Below, one piece after another: positions 52,567 through 60,890 of a DNA stretch of 64,000 bases. The stretch covers positions 1,632,001-1,696,000 of the forward strand of contig CBDCWI010000001.1 in NCBI GenBank assembly GCA_965223325.1. The letters are read 5' to 3'. Numbering within the stretch: position 1 is the first letter of the stretch; every line of letters starts with the position of its first letter. A program made the translations under genes and the position numbers. The DNA is from Candidatus Multivoradales bacterium. GTDB taxonomy: Bacteria; Acidobacteriota; Thermoanaerobaculia; Multivoradales; Multivoraceae. The notes below the pieces were generated by a model. The model was not told where the DNA came from and made no database searches. It worked only from the letters and a program-made list of their open reading frames with translations.

Positions 52567-53781
52567 ATGAGCGTCGCGACGTCCAGCCCTACCCAAACGC
52601 AAGACCCACCAGAGACCGTCTCCGACGGGGTCTTGGCCAGACTGCGCGGCCCTCTTCCAGGACCGACCCTGGTGGTGATCGCCGGTCTGCACGGCAATGA
52701 GACTTCCGGTCTCAGAGCCGCCGAGAGGGTTCTCCACGACTTCCCGGAAGACGGCCTGGTGCGCGGGGACTTCTTGATCCTCGAGGGCAACCGCGAGGCG
52801 ATTCGGACCGCACAGCGCTACGTCGATCGCGACCTCAACCGCAACTGGTTCCCGGCCGAGATCAGCTCGATGTTCGCAGGCACCCACGCCCCCGAAACCG
52901 CCGAAGATCTCGAGATCAAGCGCATCGCGGAGCAGCTGCAGGCAGCCCGCCACGCGGCACGCGGCAACACCTACCTGCTCGACCTGCACTCCACATCGGG
53001 GGCTAGCCTTCCGTTCATCAACGTTGGCGACGCCATTCCCAGTCGGCGGTTGACGCGCTACTTCCCGGTACCCGCCGTGCTGGGCCTCGACGAGTCGCTC
53101 GCGGGAACCCTCCTGCAATGGGCAGAAGAGGCCGGGTGGGTGGGCCTGGTTTTCGAAGGTGGTCAGCACGAGGCCGATTCGAGCATCGATGCCGCCGAAG
53201 CGGCGATCTGGATCGGCCTCGGCGATCTCGGCCTGGTAGCGCCCGAGGTCGGTCGACCCGCCGCGGAGCAAGCACGAAGCGTATTGGCGCGCCTCGCGGG
53301 TGGTGAACGAGGCATGTTCGAAGTGGTGGCGCGTCACGCCATCGAAGACCGTCAACTGTTCGAGATGAATGAGGGCTTCGCTAGTTTCGACCTCATCGCA
53401 GAAGGCGAGCACCTCGCCGAAGACGCCGGAGAAGCCGTCACCGCCTCGCGCGACAGCTGGCTCCTGATGCCGCTCTACCAGCCCCAGGGAAGCGACGGCT
53501 TCTTTCTCATGCGCCGTTTCGGCCCGATTCGCCAGGTTCTCTCACGCGCCTTGCGGCGCCTAGGCAGCGACCGCCTGCTGCCGCTCTTGCCGGGCCTCGA
53601 ACGACCCAACGAACGCAGCCGGCGCCGCCTGCTGGTGCCACCCGGCTGGCTCTCGGGACCCCGGTGGCGCCTCCTTGTTCTGCTGGGCTACCGCCGCCAG
53701 GTCGCAGACATCGGCGACAAGGTGCTGCTCGAACGGCGGCGCCAACGCATGGCTCCGCTCGCGTCTCTCGGCGAGGACTGA
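52567..53781 (+). CDS. Succinylglutamate desuccinylase/aspartoacylase family Zn hydrolase
   Basis: GLHGNE, RYVDRDLNR, DLHSTS, FEGGQH. Confidence 0.88.
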   Translation: MSVATSSPTQTQDPPETVSDGVLARLRGPLPGPTLVVIAGLHGNETSGLRAAERVLHDFPEDGLVRGDFLILEGNREAIRTAQRYVDRDLNRNWFPAEISSMFAGTHAPETAEDLEIKRIAEQLQAARHAARGNTYLLDLHSTSGASLPFINVGDAIPSRRLTRYFPVPAVLGLDESLAGTLLQWAEEAGWVGLVFEGGQHEADSSIDAAEAAIWIGLGDLGLVAPEVGRPAAEQARSVLARLAGGERGMFEVVARHAIEDRQLFEMNEGFASFDLIAEGEHLAEDAGEAVTASRDSWLLMPLYQPQGSDGFFLMRRFGPIRQVLSRALRRLGSDRLLPLLPGLERPNERSRRRLLVPPGWLSGPRWRLLVLLGYRRQVADIGDKVLLERRRQRMAPLASLGED

Positions 53782-54075
53782 AACCTTCCAAAGGCGGGAG
53801 CCGTGCCAGCTGGCAGGTGCTCTGATAGCCTCCCCAACGCCCGCCCGCCGGTTCTCCTGGCTACCCGGCAAGCTCGACCCCCACTCTCGAGCCCTCCGGT
53901 TCCCTACCGAGCCTCCACCCCGGCGGCGAAGTGGGAAACCCCCACCAATCAGCTCACCACCAGAACACAGCCCTCCCAGATCTCCGAAGAACCCTTAGGG
54001 TTCCTCGACCCACTCATCTCTGGCCAGAGAAGCCCCAGCGCTTCTCCTGGATCTTTCTTCGAAAGGCATCACCCC

Positions 54076-54798
54076 ATGAAAACCATTGGACTCCGTGTCC
54101 TCGTCCCCCTTGTCGCACTGCTTGCCGTCGTGGCCGCATGTGGCAACGGCAGCGTCGCAACCGCCACTGCCGCACCCGCCGCCACTCAAGCTCCGGAGAG
54201 CGAATTGGACAAAACCAGCTACGCCCTTGGCGTTACGCTTGCCCAGCCCGTACCCGCCGAAGATCTCGACCTCAACATCGACCAGGTTCTACAAGGCGTC
54301 CGCGACGCCCTGACCGGCGCCGACCTGGCGCTCGACGAGGCAGCGATTGGCGCCGCGATGCAAGGTCTTCAGCAGCAGGTCCAAGAAGCCAGCAACAAGA
54401 AGGCCGCGGCAGCGCAGGCCGACGGCCTCGCCTTCCTCGAAGAGAACTCGAAGAAGGACGGTGTGACGGTGACCGAAAGCGGCCTGCAGTACGAAGTGAT
54501 CACTGCCGCCGACGGCCCCAAGCCGACCGCCACCGACCGCGTCACCGTGCACTACGAAGGTCGCCTGACCAACGGCGACGTCTTCGACAGCTCCATACAA
54601 CGGGGCGAGCCAGTGACCTTCCCGCTCAACCAGGTGATTGCCGGCTGGACCGAAGGCGTGCAGCTGATGTCACCGGGCGCCAAGTATCGCTTCACCATTC
54701 CTTCGGATCTCGGCTATGGAGCCGCCGGCGCGGGCGCCAAGATTCCCCCCAACTCGACCCTGGTCTTCGATGTCGAGCTGATCAAGATCGAAGAGTAG
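54076..54798 (+). CDS. FKBP-type peptidyl-prolyl isomerase (FkpA/Mip type), lipoprotein
   Basis: Lipobox VAAC, SYALG, TESGLQY, VTVHYEG, FDSS, VIAGWTEG, IPPNSTLVFDVEL. Confidence 0.95.
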   Translation: MKTIGLRVLVPLVALLAVVAACGNGSVATATAAPAATQAPESELDKTSYALGVTLAQPVPAEDLDLNIDQVLQGVRDALTGADLALDEAAIGAAMQGLQQQVQEASNKKAAAAQADGLAFLEENSKKDGVTVTESGLQYEVITAADGPKPTATDRVTVHYEGRLTNGDVFDSSIQRGEPVTFPLNQVIAGWTEGVQLMSPGAKYRFTIPSDLGYGAAGAGAKIPPNSTLVFDVELIKIEE

Positions 54799-54821
54799 AC
54801 GGCCCCAGAGACCGCAGCCCG

Positions 54822-54856
54822 AGCCCCCGCCACCCCCGCTGGTCGCGGGGGCTTTA
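54822..54856 (+). terminator. Putative terminator hairpin after the FKBP gene
   Basis: agcccccgc...gcgggggct followed by a short T tract. Confidence 0.5.
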
Positions 54857-54885
54857 CCCGTTGGCCCGTGAGAGAGTGCACAGTC

Positions 54886-55977
54886 ATGCGACAGATGCAC
54901 ACCAACGACGACGGTTACCAGCTGTTCGAGCTCGAAGGGCCCGACCTCGAACAGCCGTCGGAGCGCCGCCAGCTTCTCGAGATGATCGACGTCGCCTGGG
55001 CGCACGACTACAAGGGCACAGTGCGCCTCGACTTCAACGACGCCGTGCTCGCCAAGATGACTGCCGGAGACCATTGGACGGCGGTGCTGGTGCGGGCGCC
55101 CGACGGTTCCCCGGTGGGTTTCGAAGTGGCGCTCGAGCGTGAGCTTTGGGTAGGCACGCACAAGTTCCGCGTCTACTACGTTTCGATTCTCAGCGTCTCG
55201 GCTAAACATCGCCGCCAGGGACTCGGCCGGCTGGTCCTCGAGGGGATCAACCAGTTGGTCTTCGAGAAGCTGGGTGCCGACCTGATCGTCTCGACCTTTC
55301 ACCAGGGGTACTCGGGCGCACCGGCTGTAGAAAAGACCTTCTCCTCGATCGAGGGTTGGGGGGTGTTGCACTTTCACACCAGCTCGATGTGGAGCCTGCG
55401 GATGGACAAGGGAGCGCTCGAAGCACCGGTCGAAACGCTCGACTACACAGACCTGGAACTCGACGGCCGCCAGCAGCTCCGCGAGGGCTGGAGTAGCAGG
55501 GAAGGTACTCCTGCCGACGCCAACACGCTCGAAGATCCTGTGCGCTCCTCCTGCCCACTCGGCTTTCACCTGTCGAAGAGCCTGGCAGTGCAGTACCTCA
55601 ACCCCGCAAACCCCGCTTCGGGCCTTCGCCTCTATTCCTTCGCCGGCGAGCGCTCGGCACTCGCGGGTTGGAACATCCTGCCCATGGCGCTCGATGAGCG
55701 ACGCCTGGCACCGATCGGCCAACTGCAGCTCTTCTGGACAACGCAACTGGAAGCGTCGGAGCGCGCCGACGTGGTGCGCCACCTCGCCGGCTCACTGGCG
55801 AATCGCGGGTGTTTCGCCATCACCGGCCTCGACGGCCTCGGCGTGTCGGAACAGGAGTTCAAAGACCTCGGTTTCGTCGCCACCGGCGACCGCATTCACT
55901 TCGCCGCCCGCGGCCCCAAAGAGAAGCTGGCCGCCCTCGAGGGACAACCACCGCCCTACTTCCTCGACTTCACCTGA
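54886..55977 (+). CDS. Large GNAT-fold acyltransferase
   Basis: VSILSVSAKHRRQGLG acyl-CoA motif A; length fits two GNAT domains. Confidence 0.7.
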   Translation: MRQMHTNDDGYQLFELEGPDLEQPSERRQLLEMIDVAWAHDYKGTVRLDFNDAVLAKMTAGDHWTAVLVRAPDGSPVGFEVALERELWVGTHKFRVYYVSILSVSAKHRRQGLGRLVLEGINQLVFEKLGADLIVSTFHQGYSGAPAVEKTFSSIEGWGVLHFHTSSMWSLRMDKGALEAPVETLDYTDLELDGRQQLREGWSSREGTPADANTLEDPVRSSCPLGFHLSKSLAVQYLNPANPASGLRLYSFAGERSALAGWNILPMALDERRLAPIGQLQLFWTTQLEASERADVVRHLAGSLANRGCFAITGLDGLGVSEQEFKDLGFVATGDRIHFAARGPKEKLAALEGQPPPYFLDFT

Positions 55978-55982
55978 CGCAC

Positions 55983-56522
55983 TCAGAAGAGGTCTTCGAC
56001 CGCGGGGATGACTCCCGCCTCCCGGGCCTTCTCGAACAGTTCGGGGGTCGCCACCACCGCATAGATGACCTGGTCCAGAACCGGCAGCGGCAGGAAGCGG
56101 TGGTCCAGGCCCTTGGCAGCGAGCGCCTGGTTGATCAGCTCGTGGACCTTCTGGTTCACCCAGTCGCCGTTGGCGGGAAAGGAAACGCGAAACGTTTCCC
56201 CCTCCGAGGTGAAGCCAACCCTGTGCTCCTGGGATGCCTCGTCGAACTCATCAGCAATCGCCGTAGGACTGAAGAGGCCTGCTGAACCGGCGGCGTAGAG
56301 TTCGATGAGCGTGTGATAGCTGAAGGGCACGTTGCCGCCCGGCCCAAACCCCTCGATCATCTCAGTGTCGAACTCTACCGAGGCGAGGCTGAGAAAAGCG
56401 TCCCCGTCGTACTCCCAGGCCGCCTGCCGAGCAATGAACTCTTCGCGGTACGAACTCGGGAGCCCCTCCCACCAGCCGATGGCGTCGAGGGCGGCCAATC
56501 GTTGATCCTTGGTCACGGTCAC
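55983..56522 (-). CDS. Hypothetical protein
   Basis: 179-aa acidic ORF; GTGA overlap with the response regulator stop. Confidence 0.65.
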   Translation of the reverse strand: MTVTKDQRLAALDAIGWWEGLPSSYREEFIARQAAWEYDGDAFLSLASVEFDTEMIEGFGPGGNVPFSYHTLIELYAAGSAGLFSPTAIADEFDEASQEHRVGFTSEGETFRVSFPANGDWVNQKVHELINQALAAKGLDHRFLPLPVLDQVIYAVVATPELFEKAREAGVIPAVEDLF

Positions 56523-57262
56523 CTCTTTCTGGTGCCCTGCGGAAGGGCTCCGTTCGGTTCCCTGGTGAAGCGATAGCCGACGCCGCGGACGGTGTGGAAG
56601 TGGCGTGGCTGTTCGGGTTCACGCTCGAATCGTTTTCGCAGGCGCAACAGGAAATTGTCGATCGTGCGCGCCGAGGGAAAGGTCTCGCCACCCCAGACCC
56701 GGTCGAGCAACAGGTCGCGCGAGACCACCCTCCCCTCCTGTTCGGAAAGCAAGGCGATAATGCCCGCCTCTTTGGCGGTCAGCGAGTACTGCTCGCCGTT
56801 CCAAGCGACGGCCTGATGAGCGTCGAGGTCGATCCGGTTGCCTCCGAACGCAAGCCGACCGCGAGACAGAGGTGACGAGCGCTCGGTATCTTTCGTGCGC
56901 CGCAAGATCGCCTGCACGCGTAGCAACAGTTCGCGCAACCTGAAGGGCTTGGCGAGGTAGTCGTCGGCTCCTGCTTCCAGCCCACGAATGCGATCGTCGG
57001 GCGCACCGCGTGCCGTCAGAAAGAGGACTGGGGTCTTCTCGCCGCGGGCACGGGCGATCTCACACAAGGTAAAGCCATCCATTCGCGGCAGCATAACGTC
57101 GAGAACCACCAGGTCGAAGTTGCCACCCACCATCCGGTCGAGCCCCGCGCGACCATCACCCACCACCTCTACGGTGAGACCTTCGGCCTCGAGGTTCTCG
57201 GCGATGCCGAGCGCCAGGTGACGCTCGTCTTCGACCACCAACACGCGCCGCGCCGTTTGCAT
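56519..57262 (-). CDS. OmpR/PhoB-family response regulator
   Basis: VVEDE, LDVMLP, FLTA, GADDYLAKPF, winged helix RTIDNF..RLRK, TVRGVGY. Confidence 0.95.
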   Translation of the reverse strand: MQTARRVLVVEDERHLALGIAENLEAEGLTVEVVGDGRAGLDRMVGGNFDLVVLDVMLPRMDGFTLCEIARARGEKTPVLFLTARGAPDDRIRGLEAGADDYLAKPFRLRELLLRVQAILRRTKDTERSSPLSRGRLAFGGNRIDLDAHQAVAWNGEQYSLTAKEAGIIALLSEQEGRVVSRDLLLDRVWGGETFPSARTIDNFLLRLRKRFEREPEQPRHFHTVRGVGYRFTREPNGALPQGTRKR

Positions 57263-58381
57263 CTACGGGGTTCTCTCGCGCCGCGGCCATTCGACGACAA
57301 AAGAGGCGCCAGTTCCGGGCCCGGCACTTTCCGCGCGCACTCTCGCTCCCTCGAGCTGGAGGAAGCGGCGCGCCAGCCACAGGCCGAGACCGGTGCCGCG
57401 GGTCCGCCGCGTCATCTCGTCGCCGGTGCGGTAGAAGCGGTCGAACAGACGTTCCGCTTCGTCGGCGGCAAAGCCCAGGCCATCGTCGCGCACTTCGAGC
57501 ACGACCGAGTGCGGCTCCTCTCGGGCGTGAACCGTCACCGTGCCACCACCTGCCGCAACAACAGACTCGACCGCGTTGGCCAGAAGGTTGCGCAAGACAG
57601 CGTCCAGGGCGTTCTTGTCTGCCCAGACCTCGAGGTCCGACGCGATCTCGACCGAGACCGCCACGTCGGGTTCCTCTCGCGTCGGCAGGGTCTCGACGAT
57701 CTCGGCCACTGCCTTGCCCAAGAGCTGGGACCGCTGCCTGAGGGCTACAGTGGGCTCTCCGAGCCGGGTGGTGTCGAGCAGGTTGTAGACCAGCCGTTCG
57801 AGCCGCGAGACGTCGGCCAGCGAGCGCTCGAGCAGGCGATGGCGCTGCGCAGTTGCCTCGGAACGTTCCCGGTCGCGCAGGAGTAGCGTCTCGGTAGAGA
57901 GTCGTAGCGAGGCCAGCGGGCTCTTGAGCTCGTGCGAAACCGCGGCCAGAAAATTCTGCTGCGCTCCGCGCAGGTTGCGCTCCTGCCGGAGTATGCGACC
58001 TAGAACCAGCATCACCAGCGACAGAACAAAGAGAAAGAACAGGCCCTCGAAGACGTACTGCCGCACGTGCTCGCGACGCGCCGCGCGCAGGCCTTCGAGG
58101 GCTGCGGGATCGATTGAGACATCGCCACCGCCGAATTCGAGATGGGGATAGCGAGCTCGCAGGAGGCTCTCCGCAGTGCCCTCTCTGAGGAGTTCCTCGG
58201 CCGAGAGCAAGTCGACCTGCCAATGCTCGAGTTGCTCACTTCTGACCTCGCCTGAGTAGTTAGTTTGGTCGACGACCCACCAGACGACCTGCGCGAACGC
58301 CACGACGAGCAACAGAAGAAAGACCACGAACGCACGCCGCGACCGGCTGGAACCATCTGGAGCGTTGTTGGCCCCCGTCAC
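57263..58381 (-). CDS. Sensor histidine kinase (2 TM, HisKA + HATPase)
   Basis: SHELKSPL, NLLANA, DDGLG, FDRFY, GTGLGL. Confidence 0.94.
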   Translation of the reverse strand: MTGANNAPDGSSRSRRAFVVFLLLLVVAFAQVVWWVVDQTNYSGEVRSEQLEHWQVDLLSAEELLREGTAESLLRARYPHLEFGGGDVSIDPAALEGLRAARREHVRQYVFEGLFFLFVLSLVMLVLGRILRQERNLRGAQQNFLAAVSHELKSPLASLRLSTETLLLRDRERSEATAQRHRLLERSLADVSRLERLVYNLLDTTRLGEPTVALRQRSQLLGKAVAEIVETLPTREEPDVAVSVEIASDLEVWADKNALDAVLRNLLANAVESVVAAGGGTVTVHAREEPHSVVLEVRDDGLGFAADEAERLFDRFYRTGDEMTRRTRGTGLGLWLARRFLQLEGARVRAESAGPGTGASFVVEWPRRERTP

Positions 58382-58417
58382 GTTCAGTCACTCCGAAAAG
58401 CCGCGGCCAACCGCAGG

Positions 58418-59488
58418 CTACGGCAGAAGGCCGCTTCTCTGAATCGCTTCGAGGGTTGGCGCAAGAGCCGCGGCGATCTTCTCGGACTCGACTCGTGCCA
58501 TCGACATCCCGGCAAGCGACGGTACGCCGGCAGCCGTCTCCACCGAGGCCAGAAGCGGGTACTCGAACGTCTCCTGGGCAAAGTACCTCTGCGCCTCTTC
58601 CGACAACAGGTAGTCGACCAGCGTCCTGGCCGCCTGGCTGTCGGCCAGAACGCCAACGCCGGCGACGTTCATGAACGCGGACACACCGTCGTCGGCCGGC
58701 ATGAAGTAGTTCACTCCACGAACGTCGGGGTTCTCGGCCAGCGCCCGGTGCAGGTAGTAGTGGTTGACCAACCCCCAGTCGATCTCACCGTTGATCGTGG
58801 CCTCGACGATGCTGCGGTTGTTGGCGTAGCGCTGCGGTTCGTTGGCAGTGACGGCTTGCAACCACGCGTCGAGCGCTTCGCTCCCGCGCACCGCGCGCAT
58901 GAGCGCCATGTGCGCCTGGAACGAGCCGTTGGCCGGAGCGAGGCCGAAGGTCCCGCGATAGCGTGGGTCAGAAACGTCGTCGAGACTCTGCGGCAGGTGC
59001 TCGCGCACGATGCGGTCGGGGTTGTAGACCACGACACGGGCACGGCCAGAGACCCCCACCCAGGTACCGTCGGCGGCGCGGAACTCGGGCGCTGTCCGCT
59101 CGAGGACGGAAGCAGCGAGGGTTTGGAATCGACCGGCATTGGCCACCGCACCAAGCGCCCCGGCGTCCTGGGCAAAGAACACATCGGCTGGGCTGGCGGC
59201 GCCCTCCTCGAGAATCGTCGCGGCGAGCTCGGCGGTGTCGCCGTACCGAACCTGAACGGCTATTCCCGTGTCCTCGGTGAACCTCGCCAGGAGCGGGCCG
59301 ATCAGGTTCTCGTTGCGCCCCGAGTAGACCGTAATCGAAGAAGGAGCCGCGGCATCCGTGTCGCCATCGCGAACCGGCTCTTGGTCGTCGCCCGAGCCGC
59401 AACCGGAGATCGAGAAACAAAGGGCGAAGAGGGCGATGGCAATCGAGCGCCAACTCTTCTGTAGCTTGGTGCCTGGGGGAACCGTCAT
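58418..59488 (-). CDS. Fe3+ ABC transporter substrate-binding lipoprotein (FbpA/FutA-like)
   Basis: Lipobox ISGC, VYSGR, SPADVF, RARVVVYN, NHYY tandem Tyr, EYP. Confidence 0.88.
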   Translation of the reverse strand: MTVPPGTKLQKSWRSIAIALFALCFSISGCGSGDDQEPVRDGDTDAAAPSSITVYSGRNENLIGPLLARFTEDTGIAVQVRYGDTAELAATILEEGAASPADVFFAQDAGALGAVANAGRFQTLAASVLERTAPEFRAADGTWVGVSGRARVVVYNPDRIVREHLPQSLDDVSDPRYRGTFGLAPANGSFQAHMALMRAVRGSEALDAWLQAVTANEPQRYANNRSIVEATINGEIDWGLVNHYYLHRALAENPDVRGVNYFMPADDGVSAFMNVAGVGVLADSQAARTLVDYLLSEEAQRYFAQETFEYPLLASVETAAGVPSLAGMSMARVESEKIAAALAPTLEAIQRSGLLP

Positions 59489-59550
59489 CTCGGAATCCTC
59501 ATGGGCCCGCGGGCCGTGCGCTGGGGGTGGGAAGCGACGGGCTCACCCTA

Positions 59551-60795
59551 TCAACGGCGACCCTTCCAACCACCCGCCCGGCGTACGACATCGAAGCCGT
59601 ACTTCCCGCGTAGCGCATCAATCGATCGATGGAGGTCTTCATCGCCCGGGAGCAACTCGAGCTGTGCGCTCGCGAGGCTGAGATTCGACAACGCAACGCC
59701 CAGAAGTCTCACCCGTCGTGGGGCCCTGCGCCCCGCGGTTTTTTGAGAGTTGGCGTCGCGATAGAGCTCCCGGATGACCCGCAGGATCTCGTTCTCGGAG
59801 CAAGTCGGAGCACCGCTCTTGGAACGCGTCAGGGTCTCGAAGTTCGCATAGCGCAGCTTCAAGGTCACGGTGCGCGCTTTGACCCCTCGCTTGCGAGCCC
59901 GCCAGCCCACTCGGTCGCACAGGTGGCAGAGCTGCCGGTCGATGCTGCGTGGGTCCGAGACGTCGTGCCTGAAGGTGCGTTCGTTCGAGATGCTCGACAT
60001 CAACTCGCCGCTCGGGTCGTGCTCTCTGAAGGCCGGCCGATCGCGCGAAAGATCCGCCGAACCGCGACCGAGAGCGCCGCGCCTCAGCCCGTCGGCCCAC
60101 GACCCGAACCAGCGGCGCAACTTCGACGGGTCGGTGCTGGCCAGTTGACCGAGGGTCGAGATGCCGCGCGCCGCCAGTTTCTCTTCGCCGACCGGGCCGA
60201 TGCCCGGCAACTTGCGCACCGGAAGCGGCGCCAGGAACTCACGCTCGGTGCCGGCCTTGACCATGAGGACACCGGCGGGTTTGGCGAGCCCCGAAGCGAT
60301 CTTGGACAGGGACCGACTGGTCGCAATGCCAACACTCGCTGGCAAGCCGAGTTCTCGATCGATGGCGCGGGTGATTTCGCGCACCGTGCGCTCGATGGTC
60401 TCGTCTTCGCCGTGATCCCACTTGCCACGGTAAAGCGCCTCGCAGCCGCTGAGGTCGAAGTACATCTCGTCGATGCTGGCGACCTGGACGACCGGCGTGT
60501 AGCGCGCCACGATCTCACGCACCTTCTTGGAGTACTCGCTGTACTGCCGGTCGCGCACCGAGAGGTAGATCGCTCGCGGCGCCAGGCGACCCGCCTCGAA
60601 GAGCGACATCCCCGAGCGCACGCCCAGCTTTCGCACCTCGTAGCTACAGGCCGTGACCACGCCGCGCGTCCCCGGCTGGCCGCCGATGATCACCGGCTTC
60701 CCCACCAGGCTCGGGTCGAGCACCCGCTCGACCGACACGAAGAAGGTGTCGAGGTCGAGGCAACAAATGCGTGGCTTCTGAAGCGGGAGGGTCAT
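59551..60795 (-). CDS. dinB: DNA polymerase IV (Y family)
   Basis: LDLDTFFVSVE, GVVTACSYE.R..GVRSGM, SIDEMY, AKPAG, LPGIG, VRLLGV. Confidence 0.95.
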   Translation of the reverse strand: MTLPLQKPRICCLDLDTFFVSVERVLDPSLVGKPVIIGGQPGTRGVVTACSYEVRKLGVRSGMSLFEAGRLAPRAIYLSVRDRQYSEYSKKVREIVARYTPVVQVASIDEMYFDLSGCEALYRGKWDHGEDETIERTVREITRAIDRELGLPASVGIATSRSLSKIASGLAKPAGVLMVKAGTEREFLAPLPVRKLPGIGPVGEEKLAARGISTLGQLASTDPSKLRRWFGSWADGLRRGALGRGSADLSRDRPAFREHDPSGELMSSISNERTFRHDVSDPRSIDRQLCHLCDRVGWRARKRGVKARTVTLKLRYANFETLTRSKSGAPTCSENEILRVIRELYRDANSQKTAGRRAPRRVRLLGVALSNLSLASAQLELLPGDEDLHRSIDALRGKYGFDVVRRAGGWKGRR

Positions 60796-60821
60796 GACAG
60801 CATGGCGCAAATAGGGCGTAT

Positions 60822-60850
60822 ATTCTGCCTCGCTTCCGGCCACCGGTCAA
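60822..60850 (-). promoter_or_regulatory. Possible sigma70 promoter of dinB
   Basis: Minus strand TTGACC-17 nt-CAGAAT. Confidence 0.4.
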
Positions 60851-60890
60851 GGCGGATGGGCCGGCGCGCGGCCGGCGGTAGGCTGGCAGT

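Noticed and set aside
53782-54075. ncRNA in the C-rich gap before the FKBP gene
   Set aside because: Only short hairpins (gaacccttagggttc); no recognisable RNA family
60796-60890. LexA/SOS box before dinB
   Set aside because: No match to the LexA motifs I know (CTGT-N8-ACAG, GAAC-N4-GTTC, GTTC-N7-GTTC)
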